DNA from: an uncultured Peptostreptococcaceae bacterium
GTDB lineage: Bacteria; Bacillota; Clostridia; Peptostreptococcales; Anaerovoracaceae
DNA: 64,000 bases
Assembly: GCA_905235115.1 (NCBI GenBank)
Contig: CAJOKT010000003.1
Span: 11,774 to 75,773 of the forward strand
Direction of reading: 5' to 3'
In this document: piece after piece, positions 56,301-64,000 of the stretch
Layout: each line of letters opens with the position of its first letter
Numbering within the stretch: the first letter of the stretch is position 1
Translations under genes and position numbers: made by a program
Notes under the pieces: model-generated
The model's database searches: none
What the model saw: the letters and a program-made list of their open reading frames with translations, nothing else
Told to the model about the DNA's origin: nothing

Positions 56301-56903
56301 TTATCTGTGAGCGAAAACGAAGTATTTTCCGGCGGGGGTCTTGAGCAGTGCGTGAGTCAGCAGCACCGCGACCACCATGGAGCACATGAACTGCCCGATG
56401 TTGCCGGGGATAGACATGAAGCCCACTGCGATGTTGCCGTATACAATTGCATTAACGAAGATGTAGATCACCACTTCCGTGAAGCCGCCCAGAATCATGG
56501 CCAGAAATTCGTAGGGGGCTATGCTCAGTATCAGGGTGGGCTTCCAGGTCTCGCCCTTGAGAGCGGATTCCTCCGCCAGCAGATCTTCACGCTTGTGGCC
56601 GCGCTCGACGATCTCGCCCATGACGAAGGCCATGAGGCCTTTTGCGATGAAGGTGCCTGGGGCAAAGATCACATAGCCGCCTAAGATGTCGGCCAGAGCC
56701 GCGCCGACTGAAGAGGCGATGGCTCCGTTTTTTTTGCCCAGGACCAGAACGCTCATGAATATGAAGGTATCCCCCAGGTGTACATAGCCCTGAGTCAGGG
56801 GGTTAGGCACTTTGAGGGCGAAGGTGGCAAGGCAGACCAGACCCAGCATGAGAGCTGTAAGTACCAGATCGTCTGTTTTATCTATCCTTCTCATTTGAAG
56901 CAC
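56301..56903 (-). CDS. ECF-transporter S component (substrate-capture subunit; possibly vitamin B6-related)
   Basis: ~200-aa membrane protein with 6 hydrophobic helices. It is divergent from a MocR/PdxR-type regulator. The substrate assignment is inference only. Confidence 0.6.
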   Translation of the reverse strand: MLQMRRIDKTDDLVLTALMLGLVCLATFALKVPNPLTQGYVHLGDTFIFMSVLVLGKKNGAIASSVGAALADILGGYVIFAPGTFIAKGLMAFVMGEIVERGHKREDLLAEESALKGETWKPTLILSIAPYEFLAMILGGFTEVVIYIFVNAIVYGNIAVGFMSIPGNIGQFMCSMVVAVLLTHALLKTPAGKYFVFAHR

Positions 56904-57005
56904 CTTCTTTCTGTTCTTTCTATTGATATGTTAGCAAAAAAGTGTTATTCTTTAAATATGCAGAAACATAAAATTAAAAGATAACAGTTATCATTTTTAA
57001 CTGAA

Positions 57006-58394
57006 ATGAAGCCCTTAATTCTTAATTTAGATAACAGAGATTACAAATTTAAGTATGAACAGTTGTACGAGGCCTTAAGAGAGCAGATCCTGGACGGATT
57101 CATTGCTGCCGATGAGAAGCTCCCATCACTGAGGGGACTCGCAGCCGATCTGGGGATCAGTGTCACCACGGTGGATCAGGCCTATGACCAGCTGGTGGTC
57201 GAGGGATACATAGTGTCAAGGCCCCAGCGGGGTTTTTTTGCGAAGAAGGTAAGCAGGGGACCTGCATGGAACGGCTCCGAAGGGACCCGCAGCCCGGCAG
57301 GCTCCGGGCAGGATGACATTGAGAGTGCCTACATCCACGACCCGTCATGCTTTGACTTTGTCAAATGGAAAAAATGTGTCAATGAGGTGCTGAATTACCA
57401 CTCGGAGAGGCTGCTTTATGAATCCGACCCTCAGGGTGAACCGGAGCTTCGGGAGCAGGTGGCTGAATATGTCATGAGATCCCGCGGAGTGGAGGCTTCA
57501 CCTGAGAGGATAGTGATCGGCGCGGGTACACAGCAGATGACATCTCACATTGCCAGGATCCTAAAGAAGATGGGTATCAACCTGGTGTCCATAGAGGAAC
57601 CGGGGTATCTGCCGGTGAGATCCATGCTAAGGGATGCCGGGTTCCAGATAAACAGGATACCCGTAAGGGAGGATGGGATCGACATAAGCATGCTTCCCGG
57701 GAACATTCAGTCGGCGGTCTACGTGAGTCCCTCCAACCAGTTTCCAACCGGTGCGGTGATGCCTGTGGGAAGAAGGTATGAGCTTCTCAGATGGGCAAGG
57801 GATAACGGGTCAGTCATCATCGAGGATGACTATGACAGCGAGCTCAGGTATTTCGGCCGGCCGGTGCCGGCAATGAAGAGTCTGGACGACGGGGATTCCG
57901 TGGCGTATCTGGGATCTTTTTCCTCAACGCTTTTCCCGGCAGTGAAGATCTCCTACATGGTCCTTCCCCGGAAGATGGCGGATATATATCAGGAGATCAA
58001 GGGCGAATATTCCCAGACCTGCTCCAAATCGGAGCAGCTGACTCTGGCGCTGTTCATGAAAAAGGGTTATTATTATACCAACATCAGGCGCCTCAGGTCA
58101 CTGAATTCACGCAAGCTGGAGCGGACCGTGAACGCTGTGGAGCAGCATCTCAGAGGCAGGGTGACGGTGCAAAACACCCGGTCCGGCCTGTCGGTGACAC
58201 TGAGGGTCGATCCCGATGGGCCACGTTCTTCCGCAGAACTTGCGGCGAAAGCCGCCTCGATCGGTCTGGACATGGACCCCATCAGCGCGGTGACAGGTCA
58301 GGATACTTCGGCACTCACATACTATTACAGTCAGATACCCATAGAACTTATCGATAAAAAGATCAGGGATCTGGAACAATTATGGGGATCCTGA
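57006..58394 (+). CDS. MocR-family regulator (GntR wHTH fused to an aminotransferase-fold domain)
   Basis: LPSLRGLAADLGISVTTVDQAYDQLVVEGYIVSRPQRGFF is the GntR HTH, followed by a ~350-aa AAT-like domain. Confidence 0.85.
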   Translation: MKPLILNLDNRDYKFKYEQLYEALREQILDGFIAADEKLPSLRGLAADLGISVTTVDQAYDQLVVEGYIVSRPQRGFFAKKVSRGPAWNGSEGTRSPAGSGQDDIESAYIHDPSCFDFVKWKKCVNEVLNYHSERLLYESDPQGEPELREQVAEYVMRSRGVEASPERIVIGAGTQQMTSHIARILKKMGINLVSIEEPGYLPVRSMLRDAGFQINRIPVREDGIDISMLPGNIQSAVYVSPSNQFPTGAVMPVGRRYELLRWARDNGSVIIEDDYDSELRYFGRPVPAMKSLDDGDSVAYLGSFSSTLFPAVKISYMVLPRKMADIYQEIKGEYSQTCSKSEQLTLALFMKKGYYYTNIRRLRSLNSRKLERTVNAVEQHLRGRVTVQNTRSGLSVTLRVDPDGPRSSAELAAKAASIGLDMDPISAVTGQDTSALTYYYSQIPIELIDKKIRDLEQLWGS

Positions 58395-58440
58395 AGCGAA
58401 GTTATTGATAAAGTAAGATCATGTTCAGAGGAGGCAGACT

Positions 58441-59229
58441 ATGGATGAAAGGTTAAAGAAACTCGTAGACGACAGCAATAACATAGTGTTTTTCGGAGGG
58501 GCAGGGGTGTCAACGGAATCCAATATTCCGGATTTCAGATCCGAGAACGGTCTCTACAGTGCCAAGTCGGAGTATGGGGTGAGTCCGGAGGAGATATTGT
58601 CACACAGCTTTTTCATGAACCGCACCAAGACTTTCTATGACTATTACTGGAAATACATAATCCACAGGGAGGCACAGCCTAACAGGGCTCACAGGGCCCT
58701 GGCAAAGCTGGAGAAGATGGGCAAGCTCAAGGCCGTGATCACCCAGAACATCGATGGGCTTCACCAGATGGCAGGTTCCGAGAAGGTCTATGAACTCCAC
58801 GGCTCCACCATGCGCTATAACTGCATGAACTGCTGCAGATCCTACGACCTGGACTTCGCGGCGGACCCGGCTCACCAGGCAGACGGCATCCCCAGGTGCC
58901 CGGTATGCGGTGGGATCATCAAGCCTGACGTGGTGCTCTACGAGGAGCCTCTGGACGGTTATCAGATAGACGGAGCGGTGTCCGCCATATCTCAGACTGA
59001 CCTCCTCATAGTGGGCGGCACGTCCCTGGTGGTATACCCGGCGGCGGGCTTTATCCGGTACTTCAGGGGCCGCAACATGGTCCTGATCAACAAGCAGCCC
59101 ACGGCCTACGATTCTCAGGCGGACCTGGTGATCCACGATTCCATTGGAGCCGTATTGGATCTGGACCGGGAGCAGCAGACCGCAAAAAATTTCTCTGAAG
59201 AGGGAAAGAGCGGGTCCTCAAGTACTTGA
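58441..59229 (+). CDS. cobB: NAD-dependent protein deacylase (Sir2 family)
   Basis: GAGVSTESNIPDFRS, QNIDGLH, and the Zn ribbon CMNC...CPVCGG. Confidence 0.9.
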   Translation: MDERLKKLVDDSNNIVFFGGAGVSTESNIPDFRSENGLYSAKSEYGVSPEEILSHSFFMNRTKTFYDYYWKYIIHREAQPNRAHRALAKLEKMGKLKAVITQNIDGLHQMAGSEKVYELHGSTMRYNCMNCCRSYDLDFAADPAHQADGIPRCPVCGGIIKPDVVLYEEPLDGYQIDGAVSAISQTDLLIVGGTSLVVYPAAGFIRYFRGRNMVLINKQPTAYDSQADLVIHDSIGAVLDLDREQQTAKNFSEEGKSGSSST

Positions 59230-59333
59230 TTTTGTACAAGGCTTGTGGTTTAATGTAATAGATAATGGGTTTATATGGCCCGTGTTCAATTGTTTATTCA
59301 ATTTTTCTATAAATCGCAGGAGGAAACAACACA

Positions 59334-60512
59334 ATGAAAGATGTAGTAATCGTTGGCGCAGCCAGAACGGCTATCGGCAAATTCGGCGGATCATTAAAGG
59401 ACGTTCCCACGAGAACTCTCGGTGCAGTCTGCATTGAGGAAGCTCTCAAGAGAGCAGGCGTTAAGCCCGAGCAGGTTGACGAAGTGATCATGGGATGCGT
59501 ACTTCAGGGCGGACTTGGTCAGAACGTTGCAAGACAGATGTCTCTCGACGCAGGTATCCCCGTAGAAGTTCCCGCACTTACGATCAACAAGGTCTGCGGT
59601 TCCGGTTTAAGAGCAGTTGAACTTGCAGCTCAGATCATCAAGGCCGGAGACGCTGACATCGTAGTTGCAGGCGGAGCTGAGAACATGTCCGCTACAGCAT
59701 ACTCAATGCCCAAGGCTCGCTGGGGAGCCAGAATGAACGAGACCAAGCTTGTGGACATGATGGTAAATGACGGACTTTGGGACGCATTCAACAACTACCA
59801 TATGGGTATCACAGCTGAGAACGTTGCTGAGCAGTGGGGACTTACAAGAGAAGAACTTGACGAGTTCGCAGTAGTTTCTCAGAACAGAACAGAAGCTGCC
59901 ATCAAGGAAGGCAGATTCAAGGATGAGATCGTTCCCGTGACAATTCCTCAGAGAAAGGGCGACCCCATCGTATTCGATACAGACGAGCACTACATGCCCG
60001 GCTACACCATCGAGAAGGCAGCCAAGCTTAAGCCCGCATTCAAGAAGGACGGCGTAGTTACAGCAGCTAACGCTTCCGGGATCAATGACTCCGGCGCTGC
60101 GGTAGTAGTAATGTCCAAGGAAAAGGCAGCTGAGCTTGGGATCGAGCCCCTCTGCGAGATCGTTTCCTACGCTTCCGGCGGAGTTGATCCCAAGATCATG
60201 GGAGTGGGCCCCGTTCCCGCAACCAAGAAGGCTCTGGCAAAGGCCGGTCTCACCATCGAGGACATCGACCTTGTTGAGGCTAACGAAGCATTCGCTACAC
60301 AGTCCCTGGCAGTAAGAAAAGAGCTTGGACTTGATCCTGAAAAGACCAATGTAAACGGCGGAGCTCTCGCTCTCGGACACCCCATCGGAGCATCCGGATG
60401 CCGTATCCTCATCACTCTGATCTACGCCATGAAGCACAGAGGAGCCCACACAGGACTGGCTACGCTCTGCATCGGCGGCGGCATGGGAACATCCCTGATC
60501 GTAAAGATGTGA
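59334..60512 (+). CDS. thl: Acetyl-CoA C-acetyltransferase (thiolase)
   Basis: [11 protein letters not shown] (active-site Cys), [19 protein letters not shown] and CIGGGMG. Confidence 0.95.
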   Translation: MKDVVIVGAARTAIGKFGGSLKDVPTRTLGAVCIEEALKRAGVKPEQVDEVIMGCVLQGGLGQNVARQMSLDAGIPVEVPALTINKVCGSGLRAVELAAQIIKAGDADIVVAGGAENMSATAYSMPKARWGARMNETKLVDMMVNDGLWDAFNNYHMGITAENVAEQWGLTREELDEFAVVSQNRTEAAIKEGRFKDEIVPVTIPQRKGDPIVFDTDEHYMPGYTIEKAAKLKPAFKKDGVVTAANASGINDSGAAVVVMSKEKAAELGIEPLCEIVSYASGGVDPKIMGVGPVPATKKALAKAGLTIEDIDLVEANEAFATQSLAVRKELGLDPEKTNVNGGALALGHPIGASGCRILITLIYAMKHRGAHTGLATLCIGGGMGTSLIVKM

Positions 60513-60536
60513 TCACAGACCAAATAAATTGACCGA

Positions 60537-60562
60537 AAGGGCTGTCTCATGGCAGCCCTTTT
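60537..60562 (+). terminator. Rho-independent terminator after the thiolase gene
   Basis: AAGGGCTG (60537..60544) pairs with CAGCCCTT (60553..60560), followed by TT. Confidence 0.65.
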
Positions 60563-60622
60563 GTGATATAATTTTTTATCATATTTTCTTTATGCAAAAT
60601 ACATAGATCAGAAAGGTTTCAG

Positions 60623-61483
60623 ATGCAAGAGTTAAAGACAGGATTCGTGGACTGCGGAGGAGGCACACGCGGCATATTCGGTGCGGGAGTCTTCGACCGG
60701 CTGATGGATGAGGGCATAAGACCGGACTACTTCGTGGGAGTTTCGGCAGGCGCAGCCAACGGGACTTCGTATATTGCAGGGCAGAAGGGCCGGAACTTCA
60801 AGTTCTACAACGACTATGCCTTCAGAAAAGAGTATATGAGCTGGGAGAATTTCCGGAAGACCGGGTCATATATAGGACTTGACTATATCTACAGCACTCT
60901 CTCCGGCGAGGGAGGGGAGTATCCACTGGACTACAGGGCTATCGCCGAGGATCCCGCGGGATTCGAGGCTGTGGCCACCAATGCTCTTACGGGCAGGCCC
61001 GTGTATTTTCCTAAGTCGGACTTGAGGCAGGATGACTATGATGTGATCAAGGCATCATGCGCGGTGCCCGCGCTGAACAAGCCGTATTTAGTGGGGCTGA
61101 TCCCCTGCTATGACGGAGGGCTTTCCGACCCGATACCCTACAAGAGAGCCTTCAGGGCAGGCATGGACCGGGTGGTCGTGGTCATCACCAAGCCCAGAGA
61201 TTTCGTGAGAAGCTACGGAAAGGACAGGGCGCTCTCCAGGATCATAGCCGCCAAGTACCCTAAGGCCGCTGAGGCCTGGGCCAAAAGGGGAGAGGTCTAC
61301 AACAGACAGCTCCGGGAGGTGATGGAGCTTGAGGAGCAGGGCAAAGCGCTGATCGTCGCGCCGAGAGACATCGGGCATCTGAAGACCCTTTCCCAGGATC
61401 ACGCAGCCCTGGAGGACCTGTATCGGCAGGGCTGTGAAGAGGGGGCAAAGGTAGTGGAATTTTTTGCACGGAAAGCCATGTGA
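60623..61483 (+). CDS. Patatin-like phospholipase
   Basis: GGGTRG oxyanion motif, GVSAGA (GxSxG) and YDGGLSD (catalytic Asp). Confidence 0.85.
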   Translation: MQELKTGFVDCGGGTRGIFGAGVFDRLMDEGIRPDYFVGVSAGAANGTSYIAGQKGRNFKFYNDYAFRKEYMSWENFRKTGSYIGLDYIYSTLSGEGGEYPLDYRAIAEDPAGFEAVATNALTGRPVYFPKSDLRQDDYDVIKASCAVPALNKPYLVGLIPCYDGGLSDPIPYKRAFRAGMDRVVVVITKPRDFVRSYGKDRALSRIIAAKYPKAAEAWAKRGEVYNRQLREVMELEEQGKALIVAPRDIGHLKTLSQDHAALEDLYRQGCEEGAKVVEFFARKAM

Positions 61484-61579
61484 GACAGGCCTGAACATTG
61501 CGCGCAGGGGTTTTTAGTGGTAAAATCAATTAGTTAAGGATCAATTGGGGCCTTCAGGGCAGCAGGTTTAGGTGGTTCA

Positions 61580-62434
61580 ATGAAGATCAGAGACAATCTG
61601 CCCAAAATAGACATGTTCAAGGAGTACGTGGGACAGCTTATCCTGCGTATAGGGGTCTTCTTTTTCATCTTCTGGGCATACATTTTCAGACCGGAGTACT
61701 TCGACCTGATCATCACAAAGTCGGAGACGCTCAAGTGGCAGGCAAACGGATTCACCCTCGAAGAGATGAGGGAGATCCTTTACAGTCAGGCCAGCATCTG
61801 GTGGGTATGGGTGGTCTGGGCTTTCTTCATGCTGAACATGATCGCTCAGATGCTGCCGGACTTCAGGCGCATCACCATGGGATCCCGCAAGAACTTCGCG
61901 AAACATTTCCAGCCGGTGGAAGACTACGATGAACTGGAACTGTACCACTGGGTGCAGAAGAACAACCTGGGAGCCATAACCACTCTTCTCGTGTGGTTTG
62001 GCCTAAACGGCATCATCGGCGCTCTCTATGTGTTCGACATCATCGGCATCAAGGAACTGGTGCTCCTCACCGCCGCCTACTATGTCTGCGACCTGATCTG
62101 CGTGGTGATATGGTGTCCCTTCCAGAGGTTTTTCATCAAGAACCGCTGCTGCGTGAACTGCAGGATCTTCAACTGGGGATACTTCATGGTATTCACACCC
62201 ATGCTTTTCATAAGGAACTTCTTCACCTGGAGCCTTTTCTTCACCGCAGTGGTGCTGCTTATCAGGTGGGAGATAACACTGGTCCGCTACCCGGAGAGAT
62301 TCTGGGAGGGGTCCAACAAGGTGCTCAAGTGTGAAAACTGTCAGGACAAGATCTGCAAGCAAAAGGGCGCGAAGATCTTCGACGAGCAGGGACATATAGT
62401 CAAACTTAAGAAAAAGGAGCTAAAAAATGGCTGA
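61580..62434 (+). CDS. Cys-rich polytopic membrane protein of unknown function
   Basis: 284 aa with several TM helices and the Cys clusters [21 protein letters not shown] and CENCQDKIC. It overlaps the glnS start by 8 nt. Confidence 0.55.
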   Translation: MKIRDNLPKIDMFKEYVGQLILRIGVFFFIFWAYIFRPEYFDLIITKSETLKWQANGFTLEEMREILYSQASIWWVWVVWAFFMLNMIAQMLPDFRRITMGSRKNFAKHFQPVEDYDELELYHWVQKNNLGAITTLLVWFGLNGIIGALYVFDIIGIKELVLLTAAYYVCDLICVVIWCPFQRFFIKNRCCVNCRIFNWGYFMVFTPMLFIRNFFTWSLFFTAVVLLIRWEITLVRYPERFWEGSNKVLKCENCQDKICKQKGAKIFDEQGHIVKLKKKELKNG

Positions 62435-64000
62435 ATCTGTAAACTTCATACATCAGATCATAGAAAAGGACATCGAGGACAAAAAATACGGCGACAACCC
62501 CATAATCACCAGATTTCCGCCCGAACCCAACGGCTATCTTCACATCGGCCACGCCAAGTCCATCTGCCTGAACTTCTCCACTGCCATGAAATACGGCGGG
62601 CTCTGCAACTTAAGGTATGACGACACCAACCCCGTAAAAGAGGACGTGGAATACATCGATTCCATCGAAGAAGACGTGAGATGGCTGGGATTTAAGTGGA
62701 ACGAGAGGCTCTGGGCATCGGACTACTTCGACACCATGTATGAGGCGGCTTTGGAACTCATCAGGAAGGGCAAGGCCTACGTCTGCCAGCTGACTCCCGA
62801 GGAGATGAAGGAGTACCGCGGCACTCTGACTGAGCCCGGCAAGGAATCCCCCTACAGGAACCGTTCCGTTGAGGAGAACATGAAACTCTTCCGGGAGATG
62901 AAGGACGGAAAGTACGCGGACGGAGAAATGGTCCTCCGCGCCAAGATAGACATGGCCTCTCCCAACATCAACATGAGAGACCCCATCATCTACAGGATAG
63001 CCCACGCCACTCATCACAACACCGGCGATAAGTGGTGCATCTATCCCATGTACGACTTCGCGCATCCCATCGAGGACGCCATCGAAGGCATAACCCATTC
63101 TATCTGCACCCTTGAGTTTGAGGATCACAGACCCCTCTACGACTGGGTGGTGAGAGAGGTGGGCTTCTGGCCCAACCCGCCTCAGCAGATCGAGTTCGCA
63201 AGACTGAACATCACCAACACGGTGATGTCCAAGAGATATCTCAAAAAATTAGTGGAGGACGGCGTAGTGGACGGCTGGGACGATCCCAGGATGCCCACCA
63301 TCGCAGGCATCAGACGCAGGGGCTACACCCCGGAGGCGGTGAGAAACTTTTGCGAGGAGATCGGAGTCTCCAAGGCCAATTCCACCGTGGACATCGCCCA
63401 GCTGGAGCACTGCGTGAGGGACGACCTGAAGGAGAAGGTACCTTCCAGAAACGTGATCTTCGATCCTATCAAGGTGATCATCACCAACTATCCCGAAGGT
63501 CAGTACGAGGAGTGTGAGATCGAGAACAACCCGGCAGTGCCTGAGATGGGAAGCCGCAAGGTCACCTTCTCCAGAGAGATCTGGGTGGACAGGGCAGACT
63601 TCATGGAGATCCCCGAAAAGAAGTACTTCAGGCTTTATCCTCCGTATACCAAGGAGGACGGCACCGCTGTAGACGGCAACGAGGTCAGACTCAAGGGAGC
63701 CTACTTCGTCCGCTGTACAGGATACGACAAGGATGAGAACGGCAACGTCACCACGGTATACGCCACCTATGATCCCGAGACAAGGTCGGGTTCCGGATTC
63801 GAGGGCCGCAAGGTCAAGGGCACCATACACTTCGTGGACGCCGGGAGCGCCGTGCCCATCACGGTGAGACTTTTCGACTATCTGATGATCGACGATCCGG
63901 ATGAGCCCGGAAGACTCATGGCCAACCCGGAGTCCATGCATGTGATCACCTGCATGGCGGAAGCCTCCATACTGGACGCGGAGCCCGGGGACAGGTTCCA
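62427..64000 (+). CDS. glnS: Glutaminyl-tRNA synthetase, 3'-truncated by the window end
   Basis: ATG 62427 follows an AAGGAG SD. The frame is open to the window end, so it is absent from the ORF track. It contains [14 protein letters not shown] (HIGH) and VMSKR (KMSKS-like). Confidence 0.9.
   Translation, partial: MAESVNFIHQIIEKDIEDKKYGDNPIITRFPPEPNGYLHIGHAKSICLNFSTAMKYGGLCNLRYDDTNPVKEDVEYIDSIEEDVRWLGFKWNERLWASDYFDTMYEAALELIRKGKAYVCQLTPEEMKEYRGTLTEPGKESPYRNRSVEENMKLFREMKDGKYADGEMVLRAKIDMASPNINMRDPIIYRIAHATHHNTGDKWCIYPMYDFAHPIEDAIEGITHSICTLEFEDHRPLYDWVVREVGFWPNPPQQIEFARLNITNTVMSKRYLKKLVEDGVVDGWDDPRMPTIAGIRRRGYTPEAVRNFCEEIGVSKANSTVDIAQLEHCVRDDLKEKVPSRNVIFDPIKVIITNYPEGQYEECEIENNPAVPEMGSRKVTFSREIWVDRADFMEIPEKKYFRLYPPYTKEDGTAVDGNEVRLKGAYFVRCTGYDKDENGNVTTVYATYDPETRSGSGFEGRKVKGTIHFVDAGSAVPITVRLFDYLMIDDPDEPGRLMANPESMHVITCMAEASILDAEPGDRF

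Noticed and set aside
55904-56684. ORFs 55904..56167 (minus) and 56085..56684 (plus) from the ORF track
   Set aside because: They run through the 52-bp tandem array, or, for the plus ORF, antisense to the ECF S-component gene. Their peptides are periodic repeat artefacts. Neither has an SD, and TAG stops occur in every frame of the array.
62610-63941. Minus-strand ORFs 62610..63128 and 63249..63941
   Set aside because: They lie antisense to glnS, which is missing from the ORF track only because it has no stop within the window. The HIGH and KMSKS-like motifs confirm the plus-strand gene.

Overview
The window has two parts, separated by a tRNA-Lys(CTT) gene at 33350..33425 (minus strand).

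Left part (1 to about 33.3 kb). This is the AT-rich right-hand portion of a Firmicutes-type integrative conjugative element (ICE). Its left end lies outside the window. It contains:
- A DNA-processing and anti-restriction module: RadC-like, ArdC-like, Toprim and DUF3846-like proteins.
- A MobC/relaxase/PcfB/VirD4 mobilisation module.
- An MPF-FA-type T4SS: Maff2-like, VirB6-like, PrgI-like, VirB4 and a CHAP hydrolase.
- A metabolic cargo pair: a PucR regulator and a GcvT/LigM-like aminomethyltransferase.
- A tightly packed cargo/defence island of about 9.5 kb: type III Mod and Res, a 6x zinc-ribbon plus Vsr/DUF559-like nuclease, a small acidic protein, an HNH nuclease, a WYL regulator, and a 236-aa unknown protein overlapping a YoeB-like toxin.
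- A Tn916-style regulatory end (HTH protein, sigma-70-like factor) and a tyrosine integrase.

Right part (33.4 to 64 kb). This is GC-rich Clostridia-like chromosome. It encodes two low-complexity membrane proteins, UPF0182, a type III-like glutamine synthetase, serS, a PLP decarboxylase, rnfCDGEAB, a Gx-transporter/NusG_II/ApbE flavinylation set, an ECF S-component with a MocR regulator, a Sir2 deacylase, a thiolase, a patatin and glnS (truncated by the window end).

Observations most worth a second look:
1. A rigidly phased array of 17 x 52-bp hairpin units at 55359..56228. It is non-coding, is not CRISPR, and sits beside a nuclease-like gene.
2. Eight phased TTGCCA-N3-TGGCAA palindromes inside the CHAP hydrolase gene. 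They are conserved at DNA level across two reading frames.
3. The WYL / unknown / YoeB module and its neighbouring nucleases in the ICE cargo island.
4. A structured, GC-rich 484-nt non-coding island upstream of the integrase module.
5. A 12-nt x 7 direct-repeat block.

All calls come from reading the ORF translations and the nucleotide sequence. No database searches were run.
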